A stretch of DNA of 64,000 bases from assembly GCA_047602425.1 (NCBI GenBank), contig JASGHG010000001.1, positions 4,128,001 through 4,192,000 on the forward strand, in the 5' to 3' direction. Of this stretch, positions 18,133-30,795 are shown one piece after another. A model generated the notes under the pieces. That model was not told the origin of the DNA. It saw only the letters and a program-made list of their open reading frames with translations, and searched no databases. This stretch comes from Nibricoccus sp. Lineage in GTDB: Bacteria; Verrucomicrobiota; Verrucomicrobiia; Opitutales; Opitutaceae. Position 1 is the stretch's first letter. Each line of letters opens with the position of its first letter. The position numbers were made by a program, and so were the translations under genes.

Positions 18133-19587
18133 TTAGAGATCGGTGATGGGTTTGTATACCGGGACGAGCGATTTCATGATCGTCCAGCCGATCAGATAAG
18201 CGACGGCGCAGATGCAGAAGATGATGAAGTAACCGGCTTCGCGGCCGTGGAATCCCATCAATGTCATTCCCGTGTTGTGAGCGTGATCGAAAAGGACGCC
18301 CGAACCTTTGTTAATGATAAACGAGCCCACGCCGCCGGCCATGCCGCCGAAGCCGGTGATGGTGGCGATCGCTTTCCGCGGGAACATGTCGCCGACGGTC
18401 GAGAAGATGTTTGCGGACCACGCTTGATGCGCGGCACAAGCGATGCCGATAATGATAATCGGGAGCCAGTAGGTGTGTTTACCGAGGGGTTGGGCGAAAA
18501 CCGCAACCAACGGAATGAAGGCAAAAATCAACATGGCCTTCATACGGCCGGCATAAGGATTCATGCCCTTTTTAACCACGAAGTAGGAGGGCAGCCAACC
18601 GCCGATGATGGAGAGCAGGGTGATCGCATAGAGAACGAAAACGGCGAATTGGCCTTTGGGATCGGACGACTTGATGCCATACACAGAACTGAGATACGCG
18701 GGAGTCCAGAAGAGGAAAAACCACCACACGCCATCGGTCATGAATTTGCCGACCGCGAACGCCCATGTCTGACGGTATTTCAAGCAGGCGGCGAACGACA
18801 TGCGGTCGTGAGTTGCGTTGCCGGAGGCGGCCTGCACGGCGGCGTCGGTGGCGTGATCTTGTTGGATGTAGGCGAGCTCCGCGGCATTCACACTGGGATG
18901 CTGGTTGGGCTTTTTGTACATGAAGATCCAGAAGCCCATCCAAAGAAAGCCGAGCGCACCGATGATAATAAACGAGGCTTCCCAGCCGTAAGCTGCGGCG
19001 AGCCGAGGAATCGTGATCGGCGCGGCAAGGGCGCCGACGGTGGCACCAGCGTTGAAGATACTGGTCGAGAACGCGCGGTCTTTCTTGGGGAAGTATTCCG
19101 CCGTGGCCTTGATGGCGGCCGGGAAGTTGCCGGCTTCGCCAACGGCGAGCACGAAGCGTGCGAAAATAAAGAGCGCGACGCTAACCGAGGCGATCCGAGC
19201 GACATTGTCGACTCCGCCGATAATGTGGCGGGCTTGCTCAAAACCGACGAACCATTCGCCAGCGAGAATACCCGAAGTGGCGATGCCGCAATAGGCGTGC
19301 AAGCAGGCGCCGATCGACCAGATACCAATGGCCCAGAGGAAACCTTTTTTGGTGTCCATCCAGTCAACGAAACGGCCGGCGAACGCCATGCTGATCGCAT
19401 AAAAAATCGAGAAGAGACCGGTGATCGTGCCGTAGTCGGAATCGGTCCAGTGGAATTCCGGAACGATGAAGTCCTTCCAGGTCAGGGAAAGTACCTGGCG
19501 ATCCAGATAGTTGATGGTTGTGGCGAAAAAGAGGAGTGAGCAGATATACCAACGGTAGTTGGTCTTCTTTTGGGTATCGGGTTGCAT
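18133..19587 (-). CDS. exuT: ExuT-like hexuronate MFS transporter
   Basis: RWYICSLLFFATTINYLDRQ, GEAGNFPAAIK, AHQAWSAN motifs. Confidence 0.85.
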   Translation of the reverse strand: MQPDTQKKTNYRWYICSLLFFATTINYLDRQVLSLTWKDFIVPEFHWTDSDYGTITGLFSIFYAISMAFAGRFVDWMDTKKGFLWAIGIWSIGACLHAYCGIATSGILAGEWFVGFEQARHIIGGVDNVARIASVSVALFIFARFVLAVGEAGNFPAAIKATAEYFPKKDRAFSTSIFNAGATVGALAAPITIPRLAAAYGWEASFIIIGALGFLWMGFWIFMYKKPNQHPSVNAAELAYIQQDHATDAAVQAASGNATHDRMSFAACLKYRQTWAFAVGKFMTDGVWWFFLFWTPAYLSSVYGIKSSDPKGQFAVFVLYAITLLSIIGGWLPSYFVVKKGMNPYAGRMKAMLIFAFIPLVAVFAQPLGKHTYWLPIIIIGIACAAHQAWSANIFSTVGDMFPRKAIATITGFGGMAGGVGSFIINKGSGVLFDHAHNTGMTLMGFHGREAGYFIIFCICAVAYLIGWTIMKSLVPVYKPITDL

Positions 19588-19646
19588 GGATTATCGGATT
19601 TTGAGGGAGGCGGTCGGTTGGGGGAGATGATGCGTTTGGGGAGGCG

Positions 19647-22172
19647 TTATGGTTGGGATTTTTTTTCAACCTTCACGTTAATTCGTTCGAGGCCCTCGAC
19701 GTTCTTGACGATATCATCCCCTTCAACGCCGGCGAAAGAGCAGTTAATAAGGCGGATGTTTTTGACGGGGGACTTTTCGAAGCCTTGCAAATTGAGCACA
19801 CGGGGCGACGAAGTGCCGGTGACGTTTTCGACTTCGACATTGCGGACCTGCGGGAGCCAGGGACCTTTGGCGCCTTCCTCGTAGTTGAAGTCGACGATCA
19901 CGACGGACTTGGCGACCCGGCCGACCTGGACGTTGCGGAAATAAACGTCCTCGATGTAGGCGCCGCGCACGGCGTTGGTCTTGAGGCGGAGCGCGTGATC
20001 GAGCTGGGGGCTGTCCATGCGGCAGTTTTCGGTGAAGACGTTTCGGCAGCCGCCGGAGATTTCACTGCCGATCACGGTGCCGCCGTGGCCATCTTTCATG
20101 ACACAATCGCGAATGATGAGATTTTCCGACGGCATGAGCAGACGGCGTCCGTCGTTGTTGCGGCCGGACTTGATGGCGATGCAATCGTCACCGGTATCGA
20201 AGGTGGTTTTTTCGATCAGGACATCGCGGCAGGATTCGGGGTCGCAACCATCGTTATTGGAGCCGTGGCTGACGATCGTGAGCCCGCGCACGGTGACGTT
20301 GGTGCAAAGCACCGGGTGGACTTCCCACATGGGCGAACGGTTGATGGTCACGCCCTCGATGAGAACGTTTTTGCAGCGGTAGGGCTGGATGAAATTGGGC
20401 CGAAGGTAACTGCCTTCGCCGAAGACACGCTCCGAGACGGGAATATTTTTGGCGGCCATTTCGACGAGCTTGTTGCGGGCCTCATTTTGCAGACTCGGTT
20501 TGCCGGTTTTGGATTGTTTAAGATTCCAGCTCCACCAGGTCTCGGTCGTGGCACCGCCGTCGAGCGTGCCCTTGCCGGTCACAGCGATGTTTTCCTGACC
20601 GTAGGCATAAATGAGCGCGGAGTGGCTCATGAGCTCGGTGCCTTCCCAGCGGGTGAGGACGACGGGATACTTGGACGTGTCGAAGCTGAATTGCAGCGTG
20701 GCTCCCTCGGAGACGTGGAGATTGACGTTGCTCTTGAGGTGAATTGCGCCGGTGACGAACACGCCCTTAGGAACAACAACGCGGCCGCCGCCGGCCTTGT
20801 TACAAGCCTCGATGGCCTTCGCGATGGCAGCGGTGCTGTCGGAGGTTCCATCGGTGGGCGCTCCGAATTCGGTGATAAGGAAATCGCGGGCGGGGAAGAC
20901 CGGATCCTTGATGCGGCTGAGGATGCCTGCGACCTTGGCCCAGCCGGTCGGTTCGAGCTTGAAAAGTTTTTCCAGTTCGATGCCGGCGAGGATGAAGGGG
21001 CCGACACCTTTGAGATCGTTCGAGATGACGTTTTCGCTTACGTAGTACTCGAAGGTTCCAGGACGGTCGGCGCTGAGGCCGGCGACCTCGCAGCATTGGT
21101 TGAGATTAGTTAAACCGTCTTTGCCGGTGGAAATCAGTTTGGCAATGAGGCTCGTGTAGGCCTTGCGGATGGCTGGCACATAACTTTCGGGGAGGTAGCC
21201 CTGGTTCACGCCCTTGGCGAAGCTGTAGATGAACATCGAGGAGCAGGTGGCTTCGAGGTAGTTGCCCTTGCGTTTGCCCTGGTCCATGACCTGGTACCAA
21301 AGACCGGTTTCGGGATCGGCGTGTTTAAAAACGCCCTCGGCCAGTTGGTTGAAGATGGCGATGAGTTCGGGACGGCGCGGATGGTCGACGGGATAGCAAT
21401 CGAGCGCGTCGACAATGCCCATGGCGTACCAACCGATGGCGCGGCCCCAGAAATTGGGGGACTGGCCGGTTTCCTTGTTGGCCCAGTTTTGGACCTTTTT
21501 TTCGTCCCAACCGTGATAAAAGAGTCCGGTTTTTGCGTCGTAGGTGTGTTTGGCTACCGTCGTAATGTGAAGGGCGATGTCGTCGAAGGCGGCGGGATCG
21601 TTGAAACGCAGGGCGTATTCGGAATAAAACGGCTGCGCCATGTAGAGACCGTCGAGCCACATTTGCCACGGGTAACGTTTTTTGTGCCAGAAACCGCCCT
21701 CGCTGGTGCGCGGATGAGTCGCAAGCTGGGAGCGGAGCAGGGCGGCGGCTTTGCGATAGCGTTCATCGCCGGTCAGGCTGTAAAGACGAAGGATGGCTTT
21801 GCCGGGAGCGACATGGTCGATATTGTAGGTTTCGACTTGGTATTTATGGATCGTGCCGTCGTTTTTGACGAAAGAACCGATGAGTTTTTCGACGAACGGC
21901 TGATATTGTTCGGCGCTGAGGCGTTCATCGAGTTTGAGCAAAGAGTAGGCGAGGAGGCCGCTGGTGTAGTCCCACTTTGCACCCTTTTCACCGCGGTAAA
22001 ACAAGGAGTCGCCGGAACGTTTGACCTCGGAATCGGCCATGCGAACGGACCATTGGAGAGGGGAGACACCGCCAAAGTCCTGCAACGGGTCGGCGCCGCG
22101 CAGCAAACTGGCCAGGGTAAAAAGGCTGCTGAACGTCAGCAGATATTTTGTTTTTAACGGGTTACGGATCAT
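19647..22172 (-). CDS. Secreted GH105 (unsaturated rhamnogalacturonyl hydrolase)-GH28 (polygalacturonase) fusion
   Basis: N-half WDY, GGFWHK, QMWLDGLYM, HGWDE, FWGRAIGW; C-half GAIHLKSNV, NNDG, GDDCIAIKSG, GHGG, RLKT. Confidence 0.88.
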   Translation of the reverse strand: MIRNPLKTKYLLTFSSLFTLASLLRGADPLQDFGGVSPLQWSVRMADSEVKRSGDSLFYRGEKGAKWDYTSGLLAYSLLKLDERLSAEQYQPFVEKLIGSFVKNDGTIHKYQVETYNIDHVAPGKAILRLYSLTGDERYRKAAALLRSQLATHPRTSEGGFWHKKRYPWQMWLDGLYMAQPFYSEYALRFNDPAAFDDIALHITTVAKHTYDAKTGLFYHGWDEKKVQNWANKETGQSPNFWGRAIGWYAMGIVDALDCYPVDHPRRPELIAIFNQLAEGVFKHADPETGLWYQVMDQGKRKGNYLEATCSSMFIYSFAKGVNQGYLPESYVPAIRKAYTSLIAKLISTGKDGLTNLNQCCEVAGLSADRPGTFEYYVSENVISNDLKGVGPFILAGIELEKLFKLEPTGWAKVAGILSRIKDPVFPARDFLITEFGAPTDGTSDSTAAIAKAIEACNKAGGGRVVVPKGVFVTGAIHLKSNVNLHVSEGATLQFSFDTSKYPVVLTRWEGTELMSHSALIYAYGQENIAVTGKGTLDGGATTETWWSWNLKQSKTGKPSLQNEARNKLVEMAAKNIPVSERVFGEGSYLRPNFIQPYRCKNVLIEGVTINRSPMWEVHPVLCTNVTVRGLTIVSHGSNNDGCDPESCRDVLIEKTTFDTGDDCIAIKSGRNNDGRRLLMPSENLIIRDCVMKDGHGGTVIGSEISGGCRNVFTENCRMDSPQLDHALRLKTNAVRGAYIEDVYFRNVQVGRVAKSVVIVDFNYEEGAKGPWLPQVRNVEVENVTGTSSPRVLNLQGFEKSPVKNIRLINCSFAGVEGDDIVKNVEGLERINVKVEKKSQP

Positions 22173-22227
22173 TTGGGGGTGTGACGGTGGTGATGGTACA
22201 AACTACCGGGCAAGACGTCGTCGCTGG

Positions 22228-22240
22228 GGAAACCGTTTCA
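22228..22240. promoter_or_regulatory. Possible LacI-family operator
   Basis: GGAAACCGTTTCA contains the AANCGNTT core, between the divergent GH105-GH28 and LacI genes. Confidence 0.35.
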
Positions 22241-22433
22241 GCCAACAAAGTCTAATTCGCGGTTCGTGCGGGAGAACTACTTTACGCGAAAGGAGAAACT
22301 TCGTTGACCCCGGGACTACGATTTGGGGAAGCTGTGTGATCGAAAGGTTCGTTGGTAGCCTATAAAAGGATTCCGTCAACTTTAAGATACGTGTCCGCAG
22401 AAATCGTTTTGTTCTTTTCCGCCCCCTAGTCCG

Positions 22434-23492
22434 GTGAGTATCTCCCAGCCCAAAAAAACTACCCCACAAATCCGCTCTTCGACCGAGTTTGCCCGCTATG
22501 TCGGCCTTGCTCGGACGACGGTCTCTCGCGTGCTTAACGGCCAGCCCGGCCTCAAGCCCAAGACCATCGAGCGTGTACGCCGCGCAATCGAGGAAACCGG
22601 TTTCGTGCCGAACGCCTATGCCCTTCATCTCAAGGGCAAACGCACCGCCACGATCGGCATCTGCGTGGAAAATCTTCTTACGCCGCCCGTCGTGCGCAAA
22701 CTCGCCGCCCTCCAGCATCAGTTGCGCGAGAAAAATTACACGTCACTGATCGAGGTGATCGAGGCCGGCCATGGCGACAAAGTGATCCGTCACTTCCTAT
22801 CCATGCGCGTCGAGGCCGTGGTCTTCATCGGGCATTTCAACGAAGACGAACTCACCCGCCACATTGCTGAGCTCGTCCAGCGCGAGACGCCGCACCTGAT
22901 CATCGACCATTTCGGTATCAAAGGAGCGAATACCGTGACGCTGGATCGTCCGCGCGCCATGCAGATGGTGATGGATCACCTATTCGACCTTGGCCACCGC
23001 CGCTTCGGACTCCTGGCCTTTAACAGTCAGGCGCGCAGCGTGCGCGACCGCCTGCGGGCCACTCAGGAGGCCTTGCTCGCCCGTGGTTTGGTGCTGGAGC
23101 AGGCTATCGAGATGTTCGACGGTGCTTTTCCGCGCACCAACGACTTTGAAGAAGGTCGACGCATCGCCCGCACCGCCGTGGAGCGCGGTAATCTTCCCAC
23201 CGCTTTCATCGCCGTGAACGACGAAGTTGCCATCGGCGCCATGCGTGGTTTGCAGGAAACGGGCGTCCGCGTGCCCGAGGATGTTTCGATCGCCGGTTTC
23301 AACAACCTCGACGTCTGCCTGATGCCCACGCCCGCCCTTACCAGTGTCGATCAACGCATTGAGGAAACGGTGCAATTGGCCGTCGAGGCGCTGTTGCCTC
23401 AACTCGGCCAACCGCCGGCGGCAAAAGCCTCGGTGAAAATGATCGAACCTTTGCTGGTCGTCCGCGGTTCGACCGCGCCGGCGAAAACCTAA
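22434..23492 (+). CDS. LacI-family transcriptional regulator
   Basis: HTH TTVSRVLNG; NDEVAIGA, VPEDVSIAGF, LTSVDQ, LVVRGST. Confidence 0.92.
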   Translation: MSISQPKKTTPQIRSSTEFARYVGLARTTVSRVLNGQPGLKPKTIERVRRAIEETGFVPNAYALHLKGKRTATIGICVENLLTPPVVRKLAALQHQLREKNYTSLIEVIEAGHGDKVIRHFLSMRVEAVVFIGHFNEDELTRHIAELVQRETPHLIIDHFGIKGANTVTLDRPRAMQMVMDHLFDLGHRRFGLLAFNSQARSVRDRLRATQEALLARGLVLEQAIEMFDGAFPRTNDFEEGRRIARTAVERGNLPTAFIAVNDEVAIGAMRGLQETGVRVPEDVSIAGFNNLDVCLMPTPALTSVDQRIEETVQLAVEALLPQLGQPPAAKASVKMIEPLLVVRGSTAPAKT

Positions 23493-23512
23493 AACTCGCC
23501 CCTAGGCGGTTT

Positions 23513-23809
23513 ATGGAGATAGCCGATTTCGCAAGGATTACTTACAATGTGCTCGATGGTACGCCCTTCGACGACTACATCCCAACGTTATGCCTGCCCG
23601 CGCAAAGTAAGCTACTGGCTCTTGAGGGCATTCCGAAAGAAGAAGCGAATGTCAGGGAGATTGTCTTTGATTGGGCGTGTAGAACCGCAGTTAACGGAGA
23701 AGAGTTTCTCGTCGCGTTCCGAGATGGCACGGCGCACTTTCGGATTATTCGGCGTTTTGAAGGAGAAATTCGTGAGGCCTTATATCCGGCGAAAAGACCC
23801 AAATCCTGA
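23513..23809 (+). CDS. Hypothetical protein (98 aa)
   Basis: Fills the gap between LacI and lpxC; visibly lower GC than neighbours. Confidence 0.6.
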   Translation: MEIADFARITYNVLDGTPFDDYIPTLCLPAQSKLLALEGIPKEEANVREIVFDWACRTAVNGEEFLVAFRDGTAHFRIIRRFEGEIREALYPAKRPKS

Positions 23810-23909
23810 AAGTGGTTGGTGAGTGACGAGTTGATGGCTAAGCACTAGGTCAAATCTCCGCGCTTGCGCTTTTCGCGGGCTTCCCGACAGACTCGCGACC
23901 AAATTTCCT

Positions 23910-25238
23910 ATGAAGCAACGCACTCTCGCGAGAGAGGTCTCTGTCCAAGGCACCGGTCTCCACACCGGTGAATCTGTCACTCTCACCATGAAGCCGGCGC
24001 CCACGGGCCACGGCATCGTGTTCAAACGCGTCGATCTCAGCGGCCAGCCCGAGATCAAGCCGCGCGTCGACATGATCACCGACCTCGTTCGCAACACCGC
24101 GATCACCTCCGGTCACGCGAAGCTCAACCAAGTCGAACACGTCCTCAGCGCCCTCCACGGCTGCGGCATCGACAACGTCACGATCGAGATCAACGCCAAC
24201 GAGCCGCCCGTGCTCGATGGCTCGGCGAAGTCCTTCGTCGACATGATCATCAAGGGCGAGCCCGTCGAACAGGACAAGGAACGCGAATATTTTGTCCTCG
24301 AAGAAGCCGTTTCCGTCACCGACGGCAATCGCTCCATCATCGCGCTGCCCTGCGACACGCTCCGCATTTCCTGCACGTCGGCCGACGACCGCGGCATCCA
24401 CACCCAGCATCTGTCGATCGACATCGATCCCGACACTTACATGACGCAGATCGCCGCATCGCGCACCTTCACCGTTTACGAGGACATCGAGCACCTCGTG
24501 AAAATGGGCAAGATTAAGGGCGGCAGCCTCGACTGCGCCGTCGTGATCAAAGGCGACAAAATCCTCTCCAAGGAACCGCTCCGCTTCCCCGACGAGTTCG
24601 TTCGCCACAAGATCCTCGATATTATTGGCGATATCATGTTGCTCGGTCTTCCGGTCAAAGCCCACATCATCGCCGTGCGCCCTGGCCACGCGATCAATTC
24701 GCAGCTCACCAAGAAGCTCGCGGAAAAACTCGAAGAGAAGAAAAAAGGCCCGAAGAAAAAGCCGCGCCCTGCGCACGTCCTCCCGACCGAGACGTCGCTC
24801 GACATCCGCCGCGTGCTCGACACGCTGCCGCACCGTTATCCCTTTGTGATGGTTGACCGCGTGGTCGAATTCATCGGCGCTGAGGAACTCGTCGCGATCA
24901 AGAACGTGACGATCAACGAACCGTATTTCGTCGGCCATTTCCCGGGTGAACCCGTCATGCCCGGCGTGCTCCAGATCGAAGCGATGGCGCAGGCGGCCGG
25001 CATTCTGATGCTCCGCAAAATTTCCAGCGAAGGAAAACGCGCGTTCTTCATGAGCTGCGACAAGGTCAAATTCCGCAAGGCCGTTCGTCCCGGTGACCAA
25101 CTCGTGATCAACGCCAAGCTCACCAAGAGCCGTGGCAACAAGATTGGCGTCGCCGAGTGCAACTGCACCGTCGACGGCATGCTCGTTTCTTCCGCCGAAC
25201 TCATGTTCGCCGTGATGGACGAGGGCGACGAAGCCTGA
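23910..25238 (+). CDS. lpxC-fabZ: Bifunctional LpxC-FabZ
   Basis: [28 protein letters not shown]; then [20 protein letters not shown]. Confidence 0.95.
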   Translation: MKQRTLAREVSVQGTGLHTGESVTLTMKPAPTGHGIVFKRVDLSGQPEIKPRVDMITDLVRNTAITSGHAKLNQVEHVLSALHGCGIDNVTIEINANEPPVLDGSAKSFVDMIIKGEPVEQDKEREYFVLEEAVSVTDGNRSIIALPCDTLRISCTSADDRGIHTQHLSIDIDPDTYMTQIAASRTFTVYEDIEHLVKMGKIKGGSLDCAVVIKGDKILSKEPLRFPDEFVRHKILDIIGDIMLLGLPVKAHIIAVRPGHAINSQLTKKLAEKLEEKKKGPKKKPRPAHVLPTETSLDIRRVLDTLPHRYPFVMVDRVVEFIGAEELVAIKNVTINEPYFVGHFPGEPVMPGVLQIEAMAQAAGILMLRKISSEGKRAFFMSCDKVKFRKAVRPGDQLVINAKLTKSRGNKIGVAECNCTVDGMLVSSAELMFAVMDEGDEA

Positions 25239-25248
25239 CCTCAACGCC

Positions 25249-26034
25249 ATGGGCGCAAACATCCATCCCACCGCATACGTCGACAAAACCGCCGTGCTCG
25301 GCGAAGGCGTCGAAATCGGCCCGCTCGCCTACGTCGGCCCCGGCGTGAAGCTCGGCGACCGAACCAAGCTGCATCACCACGCCGCTGTCGAGGGCAATAC
25401 CGAGCTCGGACGCGAGTGCGAGGTTTTTGCCTTCGCCAACATCGGCGGCAAAACGCAGGACTTGAAGTACAAGGGAGGCAACCCCGGTGTGCGCATCGGC
25501 GACCGCAACGTTTTCCGCGAGTACGTCACGGTACACAGCGCGACCTTCGACGGCGACCACACCGTAATTGGCTCTGACAACTTGTTTCTCGCCTACACGC
25601 ACATCGCCCACGAGTGCGTGCTAGGAAATCACATCATCATGAGCAACTACGCTGGTCTCGCCGGCCACGTGCATGTGGAAGATCACGCGTTGATCGCCGC
25701 GTACGGTGGTGTGCATCAGTTTTGCCGCATCGGCAAACATGCGATGATTGGCGGTTGCGCCAAGGTCGTGCAGGACGTTCCTCCATTTTTCATCATCGAC
25801 GGTTCACCCGCGACCGTGCGCACGATCAACAAAGTCGGCCTCGAACGCCATGGCTATACGCCCGAGCAGATGAACAACATCCGCCAGATCTTTCGCATCC
25901 TCTATCGCGACGGTCTCAACCGCTCGCAGGCAATGGAAAAACTCCTCGCGCATCCCGCGGTGAGCTCGGCGGAGTTCCAGCACATGATCGCGTTCATCAA
26001 CAAGAGCGAACGCGGCCTGGCCCCGGCGAATTGA
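25249..26034 (+). CDS. lpxA: UDP-N-acetylglucosamine acyltransferase
   Basis: IHPTA hexapeptide repeats, QDLKYKG, HIAHEC, VHQFCRIG. Confidence 0.95.
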   Translation: MGANIHPTAYVDKTAVLGEGVEIGPLAYVGPGVKLGDRTKLHHHAAVEGNTELGRECEVFAFANIGGKTQDLKYKGGNPGVRIGDRNVFREYVTVHSATFDGDHTVIGSDNLFLAYTHIAHECVLGNHIIMSNYAGLAGHVHVEDHALIAAYGGVHQFCRIGKHAMIGGCAKVVQDVPPFFIIDGSPATVRTINKVGLERHGYTPEQMNNIRQIFRILYRDGLNRSQAMEKLLAHPAVSSAEFQHMIAFINKSERGLAPAN

Positions 26035-26050
26035 AATAGGAGAGGCGATG

Positions 26051-26126
26051 GGTTTGAGGTCATGGGTTATGGGGAGAAATAAATCGTGTTTCCGCTCCCA
26101 TCACCTATCACCCATGACCTATAACC
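26051..26126. repeat. Inverted repeat with 7-nt periodic arms between convergent lpxA and hisI
   Basis: aggtcatggg / cccatgacct; right arm ccatcac-ctatcac-ccatgac-ctataac. Confidence 0.65.
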
Positions 26127-26132
26127 GATAAC

Positions 26133-26597
26133 TTACTTCTTCTTATACACCGTGGCTGGGTCGAAAAGGCGTTCGGACGTGTAGGCGAGCTTGAAGCTCG
26201 TGCCGGCGGCGGCTTCGTCGAGGTTTTCGAGTTTGCGGTAGAAGCAGGATTTGTAGCCGTTGTGGCAGGAGGCGTTGGCGCTGCCGGTTTGTTCGACTTT
26301 GATGAGGAGCACGTCTTGGTCGCAATCGGTGTAGAGTTCTTTCACCCATTGGACGTTGCCGGACTCTTCGCCTTTTACCCAGAGCTTGTTGCGCGAACGG
26401 CTCCAGTAGGTGGCTTTTTTCGTCTTCAACGTGTGCCCGAGCGACTCGGCGTTCATGAAGGCGAACATCAACACCTGGCCTGTGGCGACATCTTGCGTGA
26501 TGCAAGGGATGAGGCCGTCAGCGCCGAATTTCGGTTGGAGCGTAGTGCCGAGTTCGATCTCGGATCGTGTTCGTGCGGGCGGGGAATGACATGCCAC
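26133..26597 (-). CDS. hisI: Phosphoribosyl-AMP cyclohydrolase
   Basis: [30 protein letters not shown]; 5' end uncertain. Confidence 0.93.
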   Translation of the reverse strand: MACHSPPARTRSEIELGTTLQPKFGADGLIPCITQDVATGQVLMFAFMNAESLGHTLKTKKATYWSRSRNKLWVKGEESGNVQWVKELYTDCDQDVLLIKVEQTGSANASCHNGYKSCFYRKLENLDEAAAGTSFKLAYTSERLFDPATVYKKK

Positions 26598-26698
26598 GAA
26601 TCACGCCGCCTCGCCGGGTGATGACAATCCAGAAAACGCCCGTGCTACTGTACCGTCACACGACGCCATTGCCTGTGCATCTCTTGAAGCGCCACCCG

Positions 26699-26865
26699 CG
26701 TGACAAACCGCTTGTCATCTATTAGATGACAAGCGGTTTGTCACGGACGTGAAGTTCAAACGGGGACGTTCGCAGGGCTGAGTTTGTCACGTATTTCGTG
26801 ACAAGTGTTTGGGTCTACCTACGGGAAAAGGACGTTTTGGGGCGGAAGAGTAGTACGTGACAAAC
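26699..26865. repeat. Cluster of TTGTCA-N9-TGACAA palindromes including a perfect 47-bp palindrome
   Basis: 26699-26745 has 23-bp perfect arms; 26784-26804 ttgtcacgtatttcgtgacaa; half site 26850-26865. Confidence 0.85.
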
Positions 26866-26971
26866 GTGTGGAGTCGGTATTCGCGTGGGCGTTTTTAAGG
26901 GCGCACGGGGGTGTCCAAGCACCGGCTTTTTTGGGGGTAGGCCTGTGCGGCTGTGCGCTTCCAGCATGGCG

Positions 26972-27280
26972 TTAGGTGGCTAGGCGGTCGGCGAGGGCGA
27001 GGAGGTACTCGTAACTGTAGAGACCGGTGCGGTGGCCGTCGCTGAAGTCGAAGCGGATCGCGTAGTTGCCGACTTGTTCCCAGCCAGTGACTTCGACGCC
27101 GGCGAAACTGGTGCGATCGCTGCCGCCGTGCAATTGGCCGAGGATGTCGCGTTCGCCACGCTGCTCCGCGCTGGGGGAGGCGGCGCGGAGTTTGTCGAAC
27201 GGAAAATAAGTCTCGGTGCCGTCGCTCCACGCGATGGCGACTTCATGTCCGATCAATTGGATGTTTCGCGGTGTTTGCAC
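26972..27280 (-). CDS. DUF971/GBBH-N-like small protein
   Basis: IAWSDG, LRAASPSAE, VGNYAI, FSDGHRTGLYSYEYL; GTG start at 27280 inferred. Confidence 0.8.
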   Translation of the reverse strand: MQTPRNIQLIGHEVAIAWSDGTETYFPFDKLRAASPSAEQRGERDILGQLHGGSDRTSFAGVEVTGWEQVGNYAIRFDFSDGHRTGLYSYEYLLALADRLAT

Positions 27281-27385
27281 GGGCGGCAACGGTGCCCAGG
27301 TGCAGTCGTTTTGCAAGCGGAGTCAACCTAACTTATTGAGACGCTATAATATCAAGTGGCCGGCAAATGTGCCGATAGAAAGGAG

Positions 27386-29959
<2,574 letters not shown>

Positions 29960-30121
29960 CGGTCCCGCATTGCCTCGCAGGTGCGAGATGTTTTGTTCGG
30001 AGACATGGCTTCGTCTGCATCGCGGCGTAAAACCGCTCGTACAATTTGGCCGCAAGGCCGGGCTTATTCCAGGGGCTCTTTCCCTAAAATTTTCACCTTC
30101 CTATCGATCTAGTTAATCACC

Positions 30122-30703
30122 ATGGCGCGCATGTCGGTCAGGCAAATGTGGGCGGCGAAAATTGCGGGGAAACTCGCGTCACCTGTGTCGCCAGATACTG
30201 GATACACGTTGAACCGGCCCGCGTTTGCAGGGCAGGTGTTGGGTATCGATCCGAGTTTGCGCGGTACCGGACTCGCATTGATCGAATTTGCCGCGGGCCG
30301 GCAGCCGGTTTTGTTGCGTTGCAAAACGGTGAACGTGCAGGCGAAGCATCCGATGCCCTTTGCGCTGGCGGAAATTCACCGGGCGGTGACGGCATTTCTG
30401 GCCGATTTCGACGTGCGGCATGTTGCGCTCGAACAGACGATTTATGTGCAGAATTTTCAGACCGCGCAAATTCTGGGTGCGGCGCGGGGCGCGGCGATTG
30501 CGGCGGCGGCATTGCGGGAGAAACCTATTTTCGAATACCCGCCGTTGCGGGTGAAACAGGCGGTCGTCGGCGCGGGTCGCGCGAGCAAGGAACAAATGGC
30601 GCGCACGGTGATGGGCCTGCTCGGCCACGGACGTACTTTGGAATTCGACGAAGCGGACGCGGCGGGCGTGGCGCTGTGTCACGCCTTCACTTGGCGCGGT
30701 TGA
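30122..30703 (+). CDS. ruvC: Holliday junction resolvase
   Basis: LGIDPS, VALE, LGAARG, VKQAVVGAGRASKEQ, DEADA. Confidence 0.9.
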   Translation: MARMSVRQMWAAKIAGKLASPVSPDTGYTLNRPAFAGQVLGIDPSLRGTGLALIEFAAGRQPVLLRCKTVNVQAKHPMPFALAEIHRAVTAFLADFDVRHVALEQTIYVQNFQTAQILGAARGAAIAAAALREKPIFEYPPLRVKQAVVGAGRASKEQMARTVMGLLGHGRTLEFDEADAAGVALCHAFTWRG

Positions 30704-30795
30704 GCGGTTTTGCATGCGGGGACTGCGCGTGGCGAAAGGCAAGACCCGATCTTGCGCTGTGGCATGCCGGCTCGCAGTATTGGGTTTCCTGAGAC

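Noticed and set aside
23910..25238. LpxC-FabZ fusion as a novelty
   Set aside because: Known bifunctional architecture in several phyla.
30122..30703. RuvC-fold protein as a Cas/TnpB-like effector
   Set aside because: Size and motifs match the housekeeping Holliday junction resolvase.
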